In this document: positions 19,010 through 28,900 of the stretch, one piece after another | How the letters are laid out: every line of letters starts with the position of its first letter | How positions within the stretch are numbered: position 1 is the first letter of the stretch | IMG/VR virus record: IMGVR_UViG_3300037424_000199 | Location: 1 to 60,175 of that record | Length of the DNA stretch: 60,175 bases | Source of the DNA: a virus | Taxonomy: Duplodnaviria; Caudoviricetes | Strand: one strand, 5' to 3' | Notes under the pieces: generated by a model | The model's input: only the letters and a program-made list of their open reading frames with translations | Databases searched by the model: none | What the model was told of the DNA's origin: nothing | Program-made: the position numbers and the translations under genes

Positions 19010-20020
19010 ATGGCACGTAAACCCGGATCAACTAAAGTAGAACCTGTTAAATCAGGATTACTAGCTGCATTAGAATTTGTATCTTGTGTATCTGATAAGC
19101 TAGGGGCTCCTCATGAAACCCATGTTGGTTTGCGCAATAAGTGGGCTATTGCTTTCAATGGTATTGTTGCTGCTGGTAGCCCTATTCCTGAAGATATTTA
19201 CGCCTTCCCACATACTTTGCTATTACTTGAAGCATTGTCCAAATGCGATGAAAGCTATTCCCTCACACAACTTGACAACCAAAGGTTATCCATCAAAGCA
19301 GGAAAATTCAAAGCGACAGTTCCGTGCCTTGATCCATTACTAATGCCAGAAGCTTTTCCTGACCCTCAAATTGTGGGTATTACGAACAAGTTTAAAGAGG
19401 CTGTAGAAGCAGTTGGAGTGCTAGCTAGTGAGAATGCTCAGCACGTTTTAACAGCCTCAGTGCTCATGAATGGGGCTTCTGTGATATCTACAAATCGAGT
19501 GATGCTACTGGAATACTGGCATGGGTTAGACCTTCCTCCTAATGTTCCATTGCCTAAGGAATTTGTTAAAGCTCTCACTAAACAGAAAAAGAATTTAACA
19601 GGATTTGGTTTTAGCAAAAGCTCAGCTACATTCTATTTTGAAGATGGATGCTGGCTTAGGACGCAACTATATGCTGATGAATGGCCTAATGTTAGTAGCA
19701 TTTTAAATCGTGACGCCAACCTGTGGTCTATTGATATCAACTTTTTTAAAGCCTTAGATGCTATCGCGTCATTCTCAGAAGATGGTAATGTTTATTCTAA
19801 ATTAAATCTGCTTTGTAGTCACGCTGATGAAGGTGTAGGGGCGAGCTATGAATGTAATGGCATTCCTGCTGGCTTTATTTACCCGATTAAGCAGTTAATG
19901 ATCATGAAGCCTTATGTTACTAAAATTGATTACATGGCTAACGGAATTGCAGACAGCACTTATTGTTTGTATTTTTCTGGTGATGAAATGCGAGGGGTTA
20001 TAAGTGGCAGGCAGCGTTAA
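19010..20020 (+). CDS. DNA polymerase processivity factor / beta-clamp-like protein
   Basis: 336 aa; LSIKAGKFKATVPCL, STN..L.E, RTQL...WP patterns; directly upstream of the polymerase. Confidence 0.6.
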   Translation: MARKPGSTKVEPVKSGLLAALEFVSCVSDKLGAPHETHVGLRNKWAIAFNGIVAAGSPIPEDIYAFPHTLLLLEALSKCDESYSLTQLDNQRLSIKAGKFKATVPCLDPLLMPEAFPDPQIVGITNKFKEAVEAVGVLASENAQHVLTASVLMNGASVISTNRVMLLEYWHGLDLPPNVPLPKEFVKALTKQKKNLTGFGFSKSSATFYFEDGCWLRTQLYADEWPNVSSILNRDANLWSIDINFFKALDAIASFSEDGNVYSKLNLLCSHADEGVGASYECNGIPAGFIYPIKQLMIMKPYVTKIDYMANGIADSTYCLYFSGDEMRGVISGRQR

Positions 20021-21947
20021 CAATGAAGGTCTAATAACCTTAGAACGTAAAGCCATTCTCAAACCCCACCAGCCTCGCGCTTTCGTTGAGCGAGAATTTT
20101 TAACTGATGCTGAAATACTAGCTAACGTAGGAGGAACACTTTTCCTTAACGTTGAAAGCTACCCAAATTATTTTCTCATAACATTTAAATTGCATAACGG
20201 AAAATTTCTACAGCTAGAGTGTGGGGAAGGCCGTTCTTTAAATCCACAATTTCTATCATGGCTAATGTTCAATTATCGTACCGTTGGTTTCAATTCGATT
20301 AGCTATGACTTGCTTGTTTTATGGCTGGCTTATCATCGTCAAGACGCTTCACTTTTAAAGGAAGCTACCGAGCAAATTATTATTGGCGGTATGCGAGAAT
20401 GGGAACTAAAGAAAACCTTTAAGTTTCAAACTTTTAATACTAACCATATAGATTTGATTGAAGTAGCTCCACTCAAAGGAAGCCTCAAGCTATATGGCGC
20501 TAGGCTTCATACCGAAAGCATTCAAGAGCAGCCATTTGATATCAATGAAAACTTGAATGAATTTCAAATCAGTGAACTTAAAAAATTCAATTGTACTCAG
20601 CTAAATATTACTGAGCAGCTTTTTGATTTTATGAAAGAACGTCTAGACCTACGCGAAAGTTTAGGTAATGAGTATCATGAAAACTTAATTAGTAAATCAG
20701 ATGCTCAAATTGCTGAAGTAATTCTAGTTAAGGAAATTACCAAACTTAACGGAAAAAAGCCTTCTAGACAGGATGTAGAAACTGGATCAGTTTTTAGATA
20801 TTCTGTACCTAATTATATAAATTATCAAACACTAGAACTTAAGAAGCTATTAGAGAGAGTTAGAACTTCCAAGTTTACAGTCATGCCATCTGGTAAGATG
20901 GATATTCCAGAGGAAGTAAAAGCTCATGTTAAAATTAACAATGGTATATATAGATTGGGTATTGGCGGCTTGCATAGTTCTGAAGAGACTGTATTTTATA
21001 AAACCACTGAAAAAGTGTCTATTGTTGATAGGGATGTTGCAAGCTATTACCCTCGCCTCATTACTACTCTTGGCTTATATCCTATATCTTGTGGTCCCAA
21101 TTTCTTAGTTGCTTATAACCATATTATTGATGTTCGCTTAGACGCCAAAGCTAGAAAGATATTTTCCAGAGACAAAGGTTTAAAGATTGTTATCAATGGA
21201 ACATCAGGAAAGCTAAGTGACGTATGGTCTACTTTCTATTCTCCTGACAATACAATTCAAATGACAGTTAGCGGGCAACTTGCTCTATTGATGTTTGTTG
21301 AGTTGTTAGAATTAGAAGGCATAAAAGTAGTATCAGCTAATACAGATGGCATTGTTATGCTTGTGCCCACAAATAAGGAAGCTACTTATGAGCAAATCTA
21401 CAAGTATTGGGAAAGTATTAGCGGATTTACCACTGAGGAAACACGCTATAAGAGTTATTATGCTAGGGATGTTAACGCTTATTTTGCTGTCAAACTGGAT
21501 GGCAAAGTAAAGAAGAAAGGCAACCCCTATGCTGAAGTAGGTTCGCAGTCTGGAACTCAATTAGATGTTAATCCTACTGTACAGATATGTTCTGATGCTG
21601 TAGAAGCTTTATTGGCTAAAGGTGTTCCGATTGAGCAGACTATTCGAGAATGCCGTAACTTCACCCGTTTTGTAAATGTCAGGCAGTCTAAGGCACCGGG
21701 GGCGCATAAGGATGGTGAATATTTAGGGAAAGTGTTGCGTTGGTACTATGCCAAAGGAGAATTAGGATGCATACAAACAGTAGCAGCTAATAATAAGGTT
21801 GCAGATAGTGACGGAGCTAAACCAGCTATGGACTTACCTAAAGAGTTTCCAACTGATATTAATTATGAGTGGTATATTAATCACACTAAAGGTATATTAG
21901 AGGATATTGGGTATTTGGCTAGGCCAAAGCAGATCAGCTTTTTCTAG
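20004..21947 (+). CDS. Family-B-like phage DNA polymerase with degenerate 3'-5' exonuclease motifs
   Basis: DRDVASYYP (motif A), KIVINGTSGK (B), SANTDGIV (C), KKKG; C-terminal QISFF clamp-binding-like motif. Confidence 0.88.
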   Translation: MAGSVNNEGLITLERKAILKPHQPRAFVEREFLTDAEILANVGGTLFLNVESYPNYFLITFKLHNGKFLQLECGEGRSLNPQFLSWLMFNYRTVGFNSISYDLLVLWLAYHRQDASLLKEATEQIIIGGMREWELKKTFKFQTFNTNHIDLIEVAPLKGSLKLYGARLHTESIQEQPFDINENLNEFQISELKKFNCTQLNITEQLFDFMKERLDLRESLGNEYHENLISKSDAQIAEVILVKEITKLNGKKPSRQDVETGSVFRYSVPNYINYQTLELKKLLERVRTSKFTVMPSGKMDIPEEVKAHVKINNGIYRLGIGGLHSSEETVFYKTTEKVSIVDRDVASYYPRLITTLGLYPISCGPNFLVAYNHIIDVRLDAKARKIFSRDKGLKIVINGTSGKLSDVWSTFYSPDNTIQMTVSGQLALLMFVELLELEGIKVVSANTDGIVMLVPTNKEATYEQIYKYWESISGFTTEETRYKSYYARDVNAYFAVKLDGKVKKKGNPYAEVGSQSGTQLDVNPTVQICSDAVEALLAKGVPIEQTIRECRNFTRFVNVRQSKAPGAHKDGEYLGKVLRWYYAKGELGCIQTVAANNKVADSDGAKPAMDLPKEFPTDINYEWYINHTKGILEDIGYLARPKQISFF

Positions 21948-21985
21948 CAATCATTCAAACAGACCGAAACATTGGCGAGGAACCC

Positions 21986-22198
21986 ATGAACACCGCTCTA
22001 TATCCGAACGTCGTCCGCCGCTGGTTCGCGCTAAGGCTCTCACAACAGAGAACTATAGCCGCATCTCTGGGACTGCCGCCGCAAGGCACGTCCGGCCAAT
22101 TCGACTGGGGCAAATTAGTTCTGCTCACAGCCAAGGAAAAGGGCGAGTTGCCCCGCGTGGCTGCAGAGCTGGAAGCTTACGAAAAGGACGAGGGCTAG
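21986..22198 (+). CDS. Small protein resembling a GTPase-associated adaptor domain (GAAD)
   Basis: GAGG RBS; RRWFALRLSQQRTIAASLGL...LLTAKEKGELPRV; GC-rich patch. Confidence 0.45.
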   Translation: MNTALYPNVVRRWFALRLSQQRTIAASLGLPPQGTSGQFDWGKLVLLTAKEKGELPRVAAELEAYEKDEG

Positions 22199-22264
22199 AG
22201 CCCGGAGTGGCCGGCTATCCGAAACAGTGAAGGAGAATGTGATGCCAAAATGGAGATATGGCCG

Positions 22265-22365
22265 ACCACAGCGCACAGCGCATAACAGCGCATTTCTCTA
22301 TATGAGTACCTTTGGTGAACAGGCATCTATTGGAAAGTGCGAAGTGGTGCGCTGTGCGCTGTGGT
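22265..22365. repeat. 18-bp perfect inverted repeat built from ACAGCGC units
   Basis: accacagcgcacagcgca (22265-22282) / tgcgctgtgcgctgtggt (22348-22365). Confidence 0.85.
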
Positions 22366-22389
22366 GTAATCAGACGTTGGGAGCATAAC

Positions 22390-22674
22390 ATGAGCGGAGA
22401 CGACAGAATATGCGCGACATGCCACGCTGTTTTGGCCGACGGCCCTCAACCGGCGGCGACCTATGAATCACTCCAGCATCGGGATCGTAGCATGATCAGC
22501 ATGAGGGATTCTGAACTGAACTACCTTGACGAGGTGATAAGACGCTCAAAAGAGCGAAGAACTGGATTCTTTGGGGAAAGAAAAACAACCAAAGCCGAAG
22601 CGGCCGAATCCGTTTTGGTAGCCTTTGCACCAGCATTGTTGGCAGAGATAAGGGCGCTACGCACACATCAGTAA
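22390..22674 (+). CDS. Hypothetical protein (probable start MSGDDRIC)
   Basis: GGGAG RBS before ATG at 22390; GC-rich patch. Confidence 0.55.
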   Translation: MSGDDRICATCHAVLADGPQPAATYESLQHRDRSMISMRDSELNYLDEVIRRSKERRTGFFGERKTTKAEAAESVLVAFAPALLAEIRALRTHQ

Positions 22675-22878
22675 CCCGGACTGGCAAGGTGACCGAAAGA
22701 GCCGTTTATTTTTAAGGGCTCCTGAGCTACCCCCTGACGATTTTAACTCACCCAGCCTTCTTATTTTCAATCTGGCGATGGGTCATAGCGTTGTGTATCT
22801 GACACAATCTGATCACGCCTATAGGTAAAGTAATACCCATAGTAACTATTTCTAATATTTTAATAATATCATCTAAAT

Positions 22879-23247
22879 TCATTTTCTATGGATCATACTA
22901 TATAAAAAAGTAAATAGCCCACGATAAGGATATAAAAACTTAAATGGATATGAGCGCCGTCCTTTATTATTTGGGGGAGCCCTCATACCTAATGCTACCG
23001 CATTAATAGCTAAAAGTACCCCGCTAGCACTCACTAGAATTAAACAAGTTAACTTCCAATCAATTGATGAAATCGAGTATAATAAAGTAAGTGCTGCGAT
23101 AGTGAATGCTAATCGACGTAACCATTGCAAAGTAGGATGATCGATCTTACTAGTACGATCAGTTTCAGCTTGTTGCATTACAAATACTAGCAGCCCTGAT
23201 ACTATAAGAGCTACAAGTGTATACGCAAAATCAACCCAATCAGTCAT
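22879..23247 (-). CDS. Membrane protein (lysis-cassette associated)
   Basis: Three hydrophobic segments, basic C-terminus. Confidence 0.6.
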   Translation of the reverse strand: MTDWVDFAYTLVALIVSGLLVFVMQQAETDRTSKIDHPTLQWLRRLAFTIAALTLLYSISSIDWKLTCLILVSASGVLLAINAVALGMRAPPNNKGRRSYPFKFLYPYRGLFTFLYSMIHRK

Positions 23248-23536
23248 TTTTTAGCTTTCTGAGGATGTTCCATGACCCAGCAGATTCAACAATGCCTTGA
23301 CAAATGGCCATCCCAGCTAAACCGATAATGAATGCAGAAGTTCCGTCTGATGTTCCTAAGATTTTTCCGACCGTGGAACCAAGATAATTTGCAGCAAGGC
23401 CCCCGACGACGATGGAACCTATAATCGCCCAAGGCTTGGACTTTTTAAAGACGAAAGCATTGGCCACGCCACCCGCAAATCCAGCTACTAAATCTTGCAG
23501 ATGAATGCCAACTAACGACAGGAAATCATTAGACAT
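23240..23536 (-). CDS. Putative holin
   Basis: 98 aa, 2-3 TM segments, AGFAGG motif, basic C-terminus; in lysis cluster. Confidence 0.6.
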   Translation of the reverse strand: MSNDFLSLVGIHLQDLVAGFAGGVANAFVFKKSKPWAIIGSIVVGGLAANYLGSTVGKILGTSDGTSAFIIGLAGMAICQGIVESAGSWNILRKLKND

Positions 23537-23995
23537 TTACCCCGCCTCTGCTCGCGTGCTGATCAATAAAAGTAGATCGCGCGGAGTGACGCGGCTAAAT
23601 TTTACTGCCATTTCTTTAGGCAATATACCACATTCCGCTAATGCCGTTCCTAATAATTCACTGCAATACCATGCACCAAAAGATTGCCAATCACGACTTG
23701 GATAAAAATAAGCTAATATTGCCCACAAATCGTATGGCTTACCAATCTGGCTTTCAATGAAGGCGTAAAAGATTTCCTCTTGTTCTATTGTTGTTTTTAC
23801 ATCAATAAACATCTCCTGACTAAACTTCCCTACATCATATCTTAAGGATCGCGCTTTTACTCCATCATCCATCGCTCCAAGCAAAGTTCCATCTGGCATT
23901 ACTACTTCGCAATGAGTACTCCAAAACCCATATTGGGCAATACGACATGCCCAATTAAACATCCCCGGATGCGATACAAAGCGAAGCGTTATCAT
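23537..23995 (-). CDS. Permuted papain-like (YiiX/YebB, C92) amidase
   Basis: STHCE...QIGKPYD...WYCSEL...VTPRDL. Confidence 0.75.
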   Translation of the reverse strand: MITLRFVSHPGMFNWACRIAQYGFWSTHCEVVMPDGTLLGAMDDGVKARSLRYDVGKFSQEMFIDVKTTIEQEEIFYAFIESQIGKPYDLWAILAYFYPSRDWQSFGAWYCSELLGTALAECGILPKEMAVKFSRVTPRDLLLLISTRAEAG

Positions 23996-24210
23996 ATCGG
24001 AGGAAGCGGCGCGTTAAATTCGTCTAAATCACGGTCTAACTGCGCTCTAACATCATCGATCTGTGTCTGTGTAACAGTTCCAGCAGCAGCATCTTCAGCT
24101 AGCTTCTGAATTTTCTTAATACGATCATAAACGTTTACCCCTGCTTCAATGAGGGAAGGAAGCGCAGCCATCGCCGCAGCAATTAGCTTTAGAATTAGTT
24201 CTGTGTTCAT
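23992..24210 (-). CDS. Hypothetical protein (lysis cluster)
   Basis: Overlapping ORF with hydrophobic N-terminus. Confidence 0.6.
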   Translation of the reverse strand: MNTELILKLIAAAMAALPSLIEAGVNVYDRIKKIQKLAEDAAAGTVTQTQIDDVRAQLDRDLDEFNAPLPPI

Positions 24211-24614
24211 GGTAGGCTCCCAACGTTCATTCCTACTTCTGCGGCGGACCTTTTGAGGTTGCCGTAAAGCGCGACCAACTGATTATAGGCTACTGTAGCG
24301 TTGACCTGATCATTGTTATCAACAAACGATCTAAGCTGCGCAATCAATGGTTTTGCTTGTCTAGTATAAGGCTGAATAATTTCTATGTTCTGTCTACAGT
24401 TAACATCAGCAGTACCAGCGATACATGCACGCCGATAGGAAAGAAGTATTTGTAAAGCTGCATCAAATCCTAGTTCAATCTGTGCTTCTTTCTCTTTCGT
24501 GACTGGATTGGCAATAGTTGCGGTAGCAAATTGAGCAATGTTTTGCAGCGTTTGAAGCTGTGCACAACCACTAAGTGTTAGTACAAGAATTAAAGATGCA
24601 ATAATACGGCGCAT
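24207..24614 (-). CDS. Lipoprotein (possible spanin component)
   Basis: MRRIIASLILVLTLSG|C lipobox; two further Cys. Confidence 0.65.
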   Translation of the reverse strand: MRRIIASLILVLTLSGCAQLQTLQNIAQFATATIANPVTKEKEAQIELGFDAALQILLSYRRACIAGTADVNCRQNIEIIQPYTRQAKPLIAQLRSFVDNNDQVNATVAYNQLVALYGNLKRSAAEVGMNVGSLP

Positions 24615-24623
24615 TTATATCTC

Positions 24624-25109
24624 CTATGAAACGCGAGCTATAGCAGCAGGAACAACAGACGGAGACGGAGAAGCTGCTGCTGTTTTAGCATCAGTAACGA
24701 TAGTCTGTACTTCAGGTAATGCAATCGTCGCTGCAATCAAAGTATTCTTAGCCTCAACACTAGCAGGAATGCTAGGGTCTTGAGCAATTGCGCTTGTTGC
24801 CTCTATTAAAACTTTCTGCGCGCTAATCGCTGCTGAGCTAGATGGCCCAATCGCAATTGCTTGAACTTGTGCAATCTGATTAGTTGGGCTAGCACTGCGC
24901 AATGCTTGAATACCACCATAAACTACGCCAATAGCTCCTATTAACTGGATAAGAGCATTAACAGTAGCCCCCATGCTCTCTATGGCTACCTTAACGGCAT
25001 CCATATTTACACCCTTAGCTTGCAATCCAAAAATAGTAATTGCAACTCCTATAGCAGTACCAACATGGCGAGTAGCAGCGTCAACTTCAGATTTAGTTGG
25101 CAATCTCAT
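24624..25109 (-). CDS. Membrane protein, holin/antiholin-like
   Basis: Two TM segments; adjacent to endolysin. Confidence 0.5.
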   Translation of the reverse strand: MRLPTKSEVDAATRHVGTAIGVAITIFGLQAKGVNMDAVKVAIESMGATVNALIQLIGAIGVVYGGIQALRSASPTNQIAQVQAIAIGPSSSAAISAQKVLIEATSAIAQDPSIPASVEAKNTLIAATIALPEVQTIVTDAKTAAASPSPSVVPAAIARVS

Positions 25110-25123
25110 ATTGTAAAATCCTT

Positions 25124-25912
25124 TTAAGCCTCGTTAGTTGAAATTTTTCCGTTACTCGTTACTAAAGGTAATGACTGCAAACCAATATGATTAGGAGCAC
25201 TAACACTGCTAGGCCACCAAAAGCCTTTATTCAAACGACTTACAGGAAACGGTATAATACTGACTTTATCGGATTGATTTCCGCCTAGCCCCATAATATT
25301 CCCATGTTGGTCCTTGCCCACAACTACAATGACGTGTCCCCCGCCATTGCGAAGCATAGGAGCAAACGCGCCCACTGCCGGACCATTTAGCCTAACTGAT
25401 GGCCATTTGCCAGCAAAATCTAGAGCCCAAAGGGTTTCAGTTCCCTTTAGCCCAACTTTAGTTAAAATATGATTGGCGAAAAGCGCGCACCATGGAACGC
25501 TATCGTGAGTATAAGTTTCGCTTATATCCCCGCCTTCCTCTTTAGCCCAATCAATAATAGATTGATTGTCCTTAGAGCCAATGATTTCTTTAGTGCCAAC
25601 TAATTTAATACCAGCTTCCAACCATAAAGGACGATTAATTTCTGAATGCTCAATTGTGGGCAAAGCATTTTCTAATGGAGCAGCGTCGATAGCTTTAGCT
25701 GTCAATGGCCCTATTTCACCATCAGTAATAAGCCAAGCACGACGCTGAAATGCTTCAACAGCAGTATCAGTAGCAGAACCAAAATAGCCAGTACCTTTTA
25801 ATTTGTATCCCCTTTTAGCTAATTCTAACTGAGCTAGCTTAACTAAGTCACCACTCATTCCCATTTTTAAAGTAAGAGAAGGCTTAGAAATTTTATCGGA
25901 TAAAGTTGGCAT
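25124..25912 (-). CDS. Endolysin: peptidoglycan-binding domain + TIGR02594/NlpC-P60-like amidase
   Basis: LKMGMSG..V...Q..L...GY...G.FG..T..AV..FQ...DG.IGP.T; VPWCALF, GGGHV, LGGNQSD. Confidence 0.85.
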   Translation of the reverse strand: MPTLSDKISKPSLTLKMGMSGDLVKLAQLELAKRGYKLKGTGYFGSATDTAVEAFQRRAWLITDGEIGPLTAKAIDAAPLENALPTIEHSEINRPLWLEAGIKLVGTKEIIGSKDNQSIIDWAKEEGGDISETYTHDSVPWCALFANHILTKVGLKGTETLWALDFAGKWPSVRLNGPAVGAFAPMLRNGGGHVIVVVGKDQHGNIMGLGGNQSDKVSIIPFPVSRLNKGFWWPSSVSAPNHIGLQSLPLVTSNGKISTNEA

Positions 25913-25925
25913 TAATATATCTTTC

Positions 25926-28900
25926 TTATGGATTGAACGAAACCCATCCAGCGCTAGGTCTAGCATCTGCTGCACGACTAGCCCCGGCAGGTTGACCATT
26001 TAAAACTAAATTAGTACTACAGCCATTTTTTACAGCGTCATATATAGCAAAATTACCAATACTATTAGTTGCTTGTAATTGCACTAAATTAGTACACCCA
26101 TTTCCACCAGTAGCATGCATAACAGTCGCCGAATGCGTAGCAGTGGTCATGTTGATATTTATACCTGTAGTAATAGCTTCAGTATGAAAACCATCTAATG
26201 TTATTTGACCACCTATCATATTTACAGCATTTCCAGCATAAGTTCCTTCTGATACAGTATCATAAAATTTTAATAAGGTAGTTCCTGCATTTAAAACTAT
26301 GCCATCACTATTAGCAGTAGAAAACATAGTACAAAATAAATTATGTGATGTGAATAAAGCTGCGCCACCGTAGCCTGTATCGTATCTAAAACAACCACGT
26401 TGGCCGCCATAGATAGCTACATTACTAATAGCTCTAAGTTGCTGAGCAGCGTTAGTATATAGCATGTAAGTGCCAGCATTACCAGTAGGCGTAATAGTGG
26501 CCGATAATCCTACATCTGCTATCTGAGCGCCAAAACAAGCTATTTGTGAATTAGGATCGCATAACGTTACAAAATTAGAACCTCCTCCAATACCAGCATC
26601 GCACATATGAAGTTGCGAATTTACTGGTCCTTGTCCTCTAAGCTGAGTACCTCCGTAAATAGTCAATGCGCTACATACCATAGCTACACCCTTAGGAAGC
26701 AACACAGCAGTAGACGCCATTGGTCCTCCATTGGTTGTAAAACCATTTATAGAAGGAAGATAGGCAGCATAATCAAGAGCAGCTTGGATAGCTGCAAAAT
26801 CATTGGTAGCAGAACCATCTACTCCTAGCCAATCAAATACAGCGCCGAATTGTCTAGGATCAATAAAGTTATCAGAAACATACTGCCACTTATTACCCCC
26901 TGCATCAGTAAAGCTAGCTCTAACAGTAGTAACGGTTGCTACTGTAAAAGTAACAGTAGTAGAGCAGCCGGTAATGGTTGCTGATAGAACATCTCCGACA
27001 GCATAACCATATCCACCAGCATTAAACGTTTTAGTAATAGCAGAGACTACATTAGCTGTTACAGTAACGTTAGCCATAAAGCCAGTGCCGACACCGCCAG
27101 AAAAAATAGTTCCTCTATAGGTTCCATTAGTACAACCTGATGTTCCGTTATTTGAAATAGTCCCTGATGCTACGTTTTGATCTAAAAATTCTCCTGCTGC
27201 TTTTCTATAGAAAGTAGCTCCTCCACCGTCTGTAGCGGACGCATATCCTAATGTTTTTATAGCATTAACATTAGTTAAATCTAAAGCTGCCGCTGCGGTT
27301 CTAGTTTGAACAACTAAAGATGTTGGGGTAGTCCAAGTTTGAGTAGTAGGAACTAACTGGCTAATAACTGTAGTACCTGAGCCGGAAGGAACACAGCCAG
27401 ATAATGCACCTGTAAAAATATTACATGATGCTGTAACTTGAGTAGCAGTTACAATTCCTTGATTACCTCCAACACTAACAACACCAGCTTGAGCAGCAAA
27501 TTGAAGCCACACTAAAGGATCAGTGCCAACAGTTGTTACAGTAGCTTGTAATACCCAGCTAGTACCAATATTAGTAGAACCTGATGTGATAAGAGTATAT
27601 GAACCTGCTGTCATCTCAGCAGCTTCATCAAAATAAGTAGCTCTAGTTAAAACCCAAGGTGCAGCACCGCTACCAGCGTCAGTTACCGTATAGATGCCAT
27701 TTTGAAAAGACGATGCTTGGTCTTTAACAAGCACAACAGTGCTTAATGGCGCTGCTGTTCCGTCTACAGTTAAAGTTGTATTAGAACCTGCTGTTAATGT
27801 AGCTCCTACACCTAAAGCTCCATTAGAATATGTAGGAGTATTTGGAAGCACAGCCGCAGTTGCTAAAGCAGATTGAGCTAAAATATTTAATCCAGTAGCA
27901 ACACTATCAACATAAGCTTTAGTAGCAGCATCGGTAGGATTAACAGGAGCGTTAAGATCAGTAATAGAAGTAGCCCCTCCCGATACAACTATACCAGCAC
28001 TAAATGTTTGTTCTGCTGAAAAAGTATTAGCTGTATTTAAAAGTGGGACAGTATTGCCGCTAGTACCAATGTTAGCTGTGCAAGCTGTCCCAGCATCAAT
28101 TAGATTAGAACAACGAGCAATACTCAAATTAACATCAGGAGCTATTTTAACAATATAGTTTATAGTTTTAGATGGCTGAATGATAGAAAATGGAACTGCT
28201 GAATAAATAATATTTAAAGTTCCTGCGGTTCCTCCTCCACCAGTAGTAGAAGCAGGATTAGTAGGAACCACAGAACATTGGCCCGCTGTTACTAATACAG
28301 GATCGGTAATAGCACCAGCTACAATGGTAACGTTAAATTGTGGTTGAGTAGTACAAGTTCCTCCTGATACGGTTAGTAATTGCGTTCCAGCAGTATAGCC
28401 AGAACCGCCAGCAGCTACAGTAGCACTAACAGCAATACCCCCAGTATTAGCAGACACTGCAATAGCTTGCGCTGCATTTGTGGAAGTTCTAGCTGCTAAC
28501 GTAGTGGTTGTGTTTCCAAATTGACCAAACGCGCCACCTGCCGCATTAGATGACACTAAAGCGGTAGTTGCATTTGGTATTTGAGTATCAGTAGTTGTGA
28601 CGCTAATAGAATTGGCGCCAGATGAACTTACATTAGGAAGGCTGGAAGAAATTAAAGTTTTTGATTGGCTACCACCGTTACCAGCTAAAGAATTCGGATC
28701 GGTATAAAAAGATACCGTCAAATTAGCTGAGCTAGAACCTCCCATATTATTTCTACCGGGAAGCACAACACCACGTAAATCGGGAGCATTAAAAGTAGTT
28801 AAACCATTACCATTGCCCCACGGAAAGAAAGTACTAGTAGTAGTAACAGAAACAGTTGCGTTAGAACTAATAGTAACCGTAGTAGAAGTTTTAGAAATAA

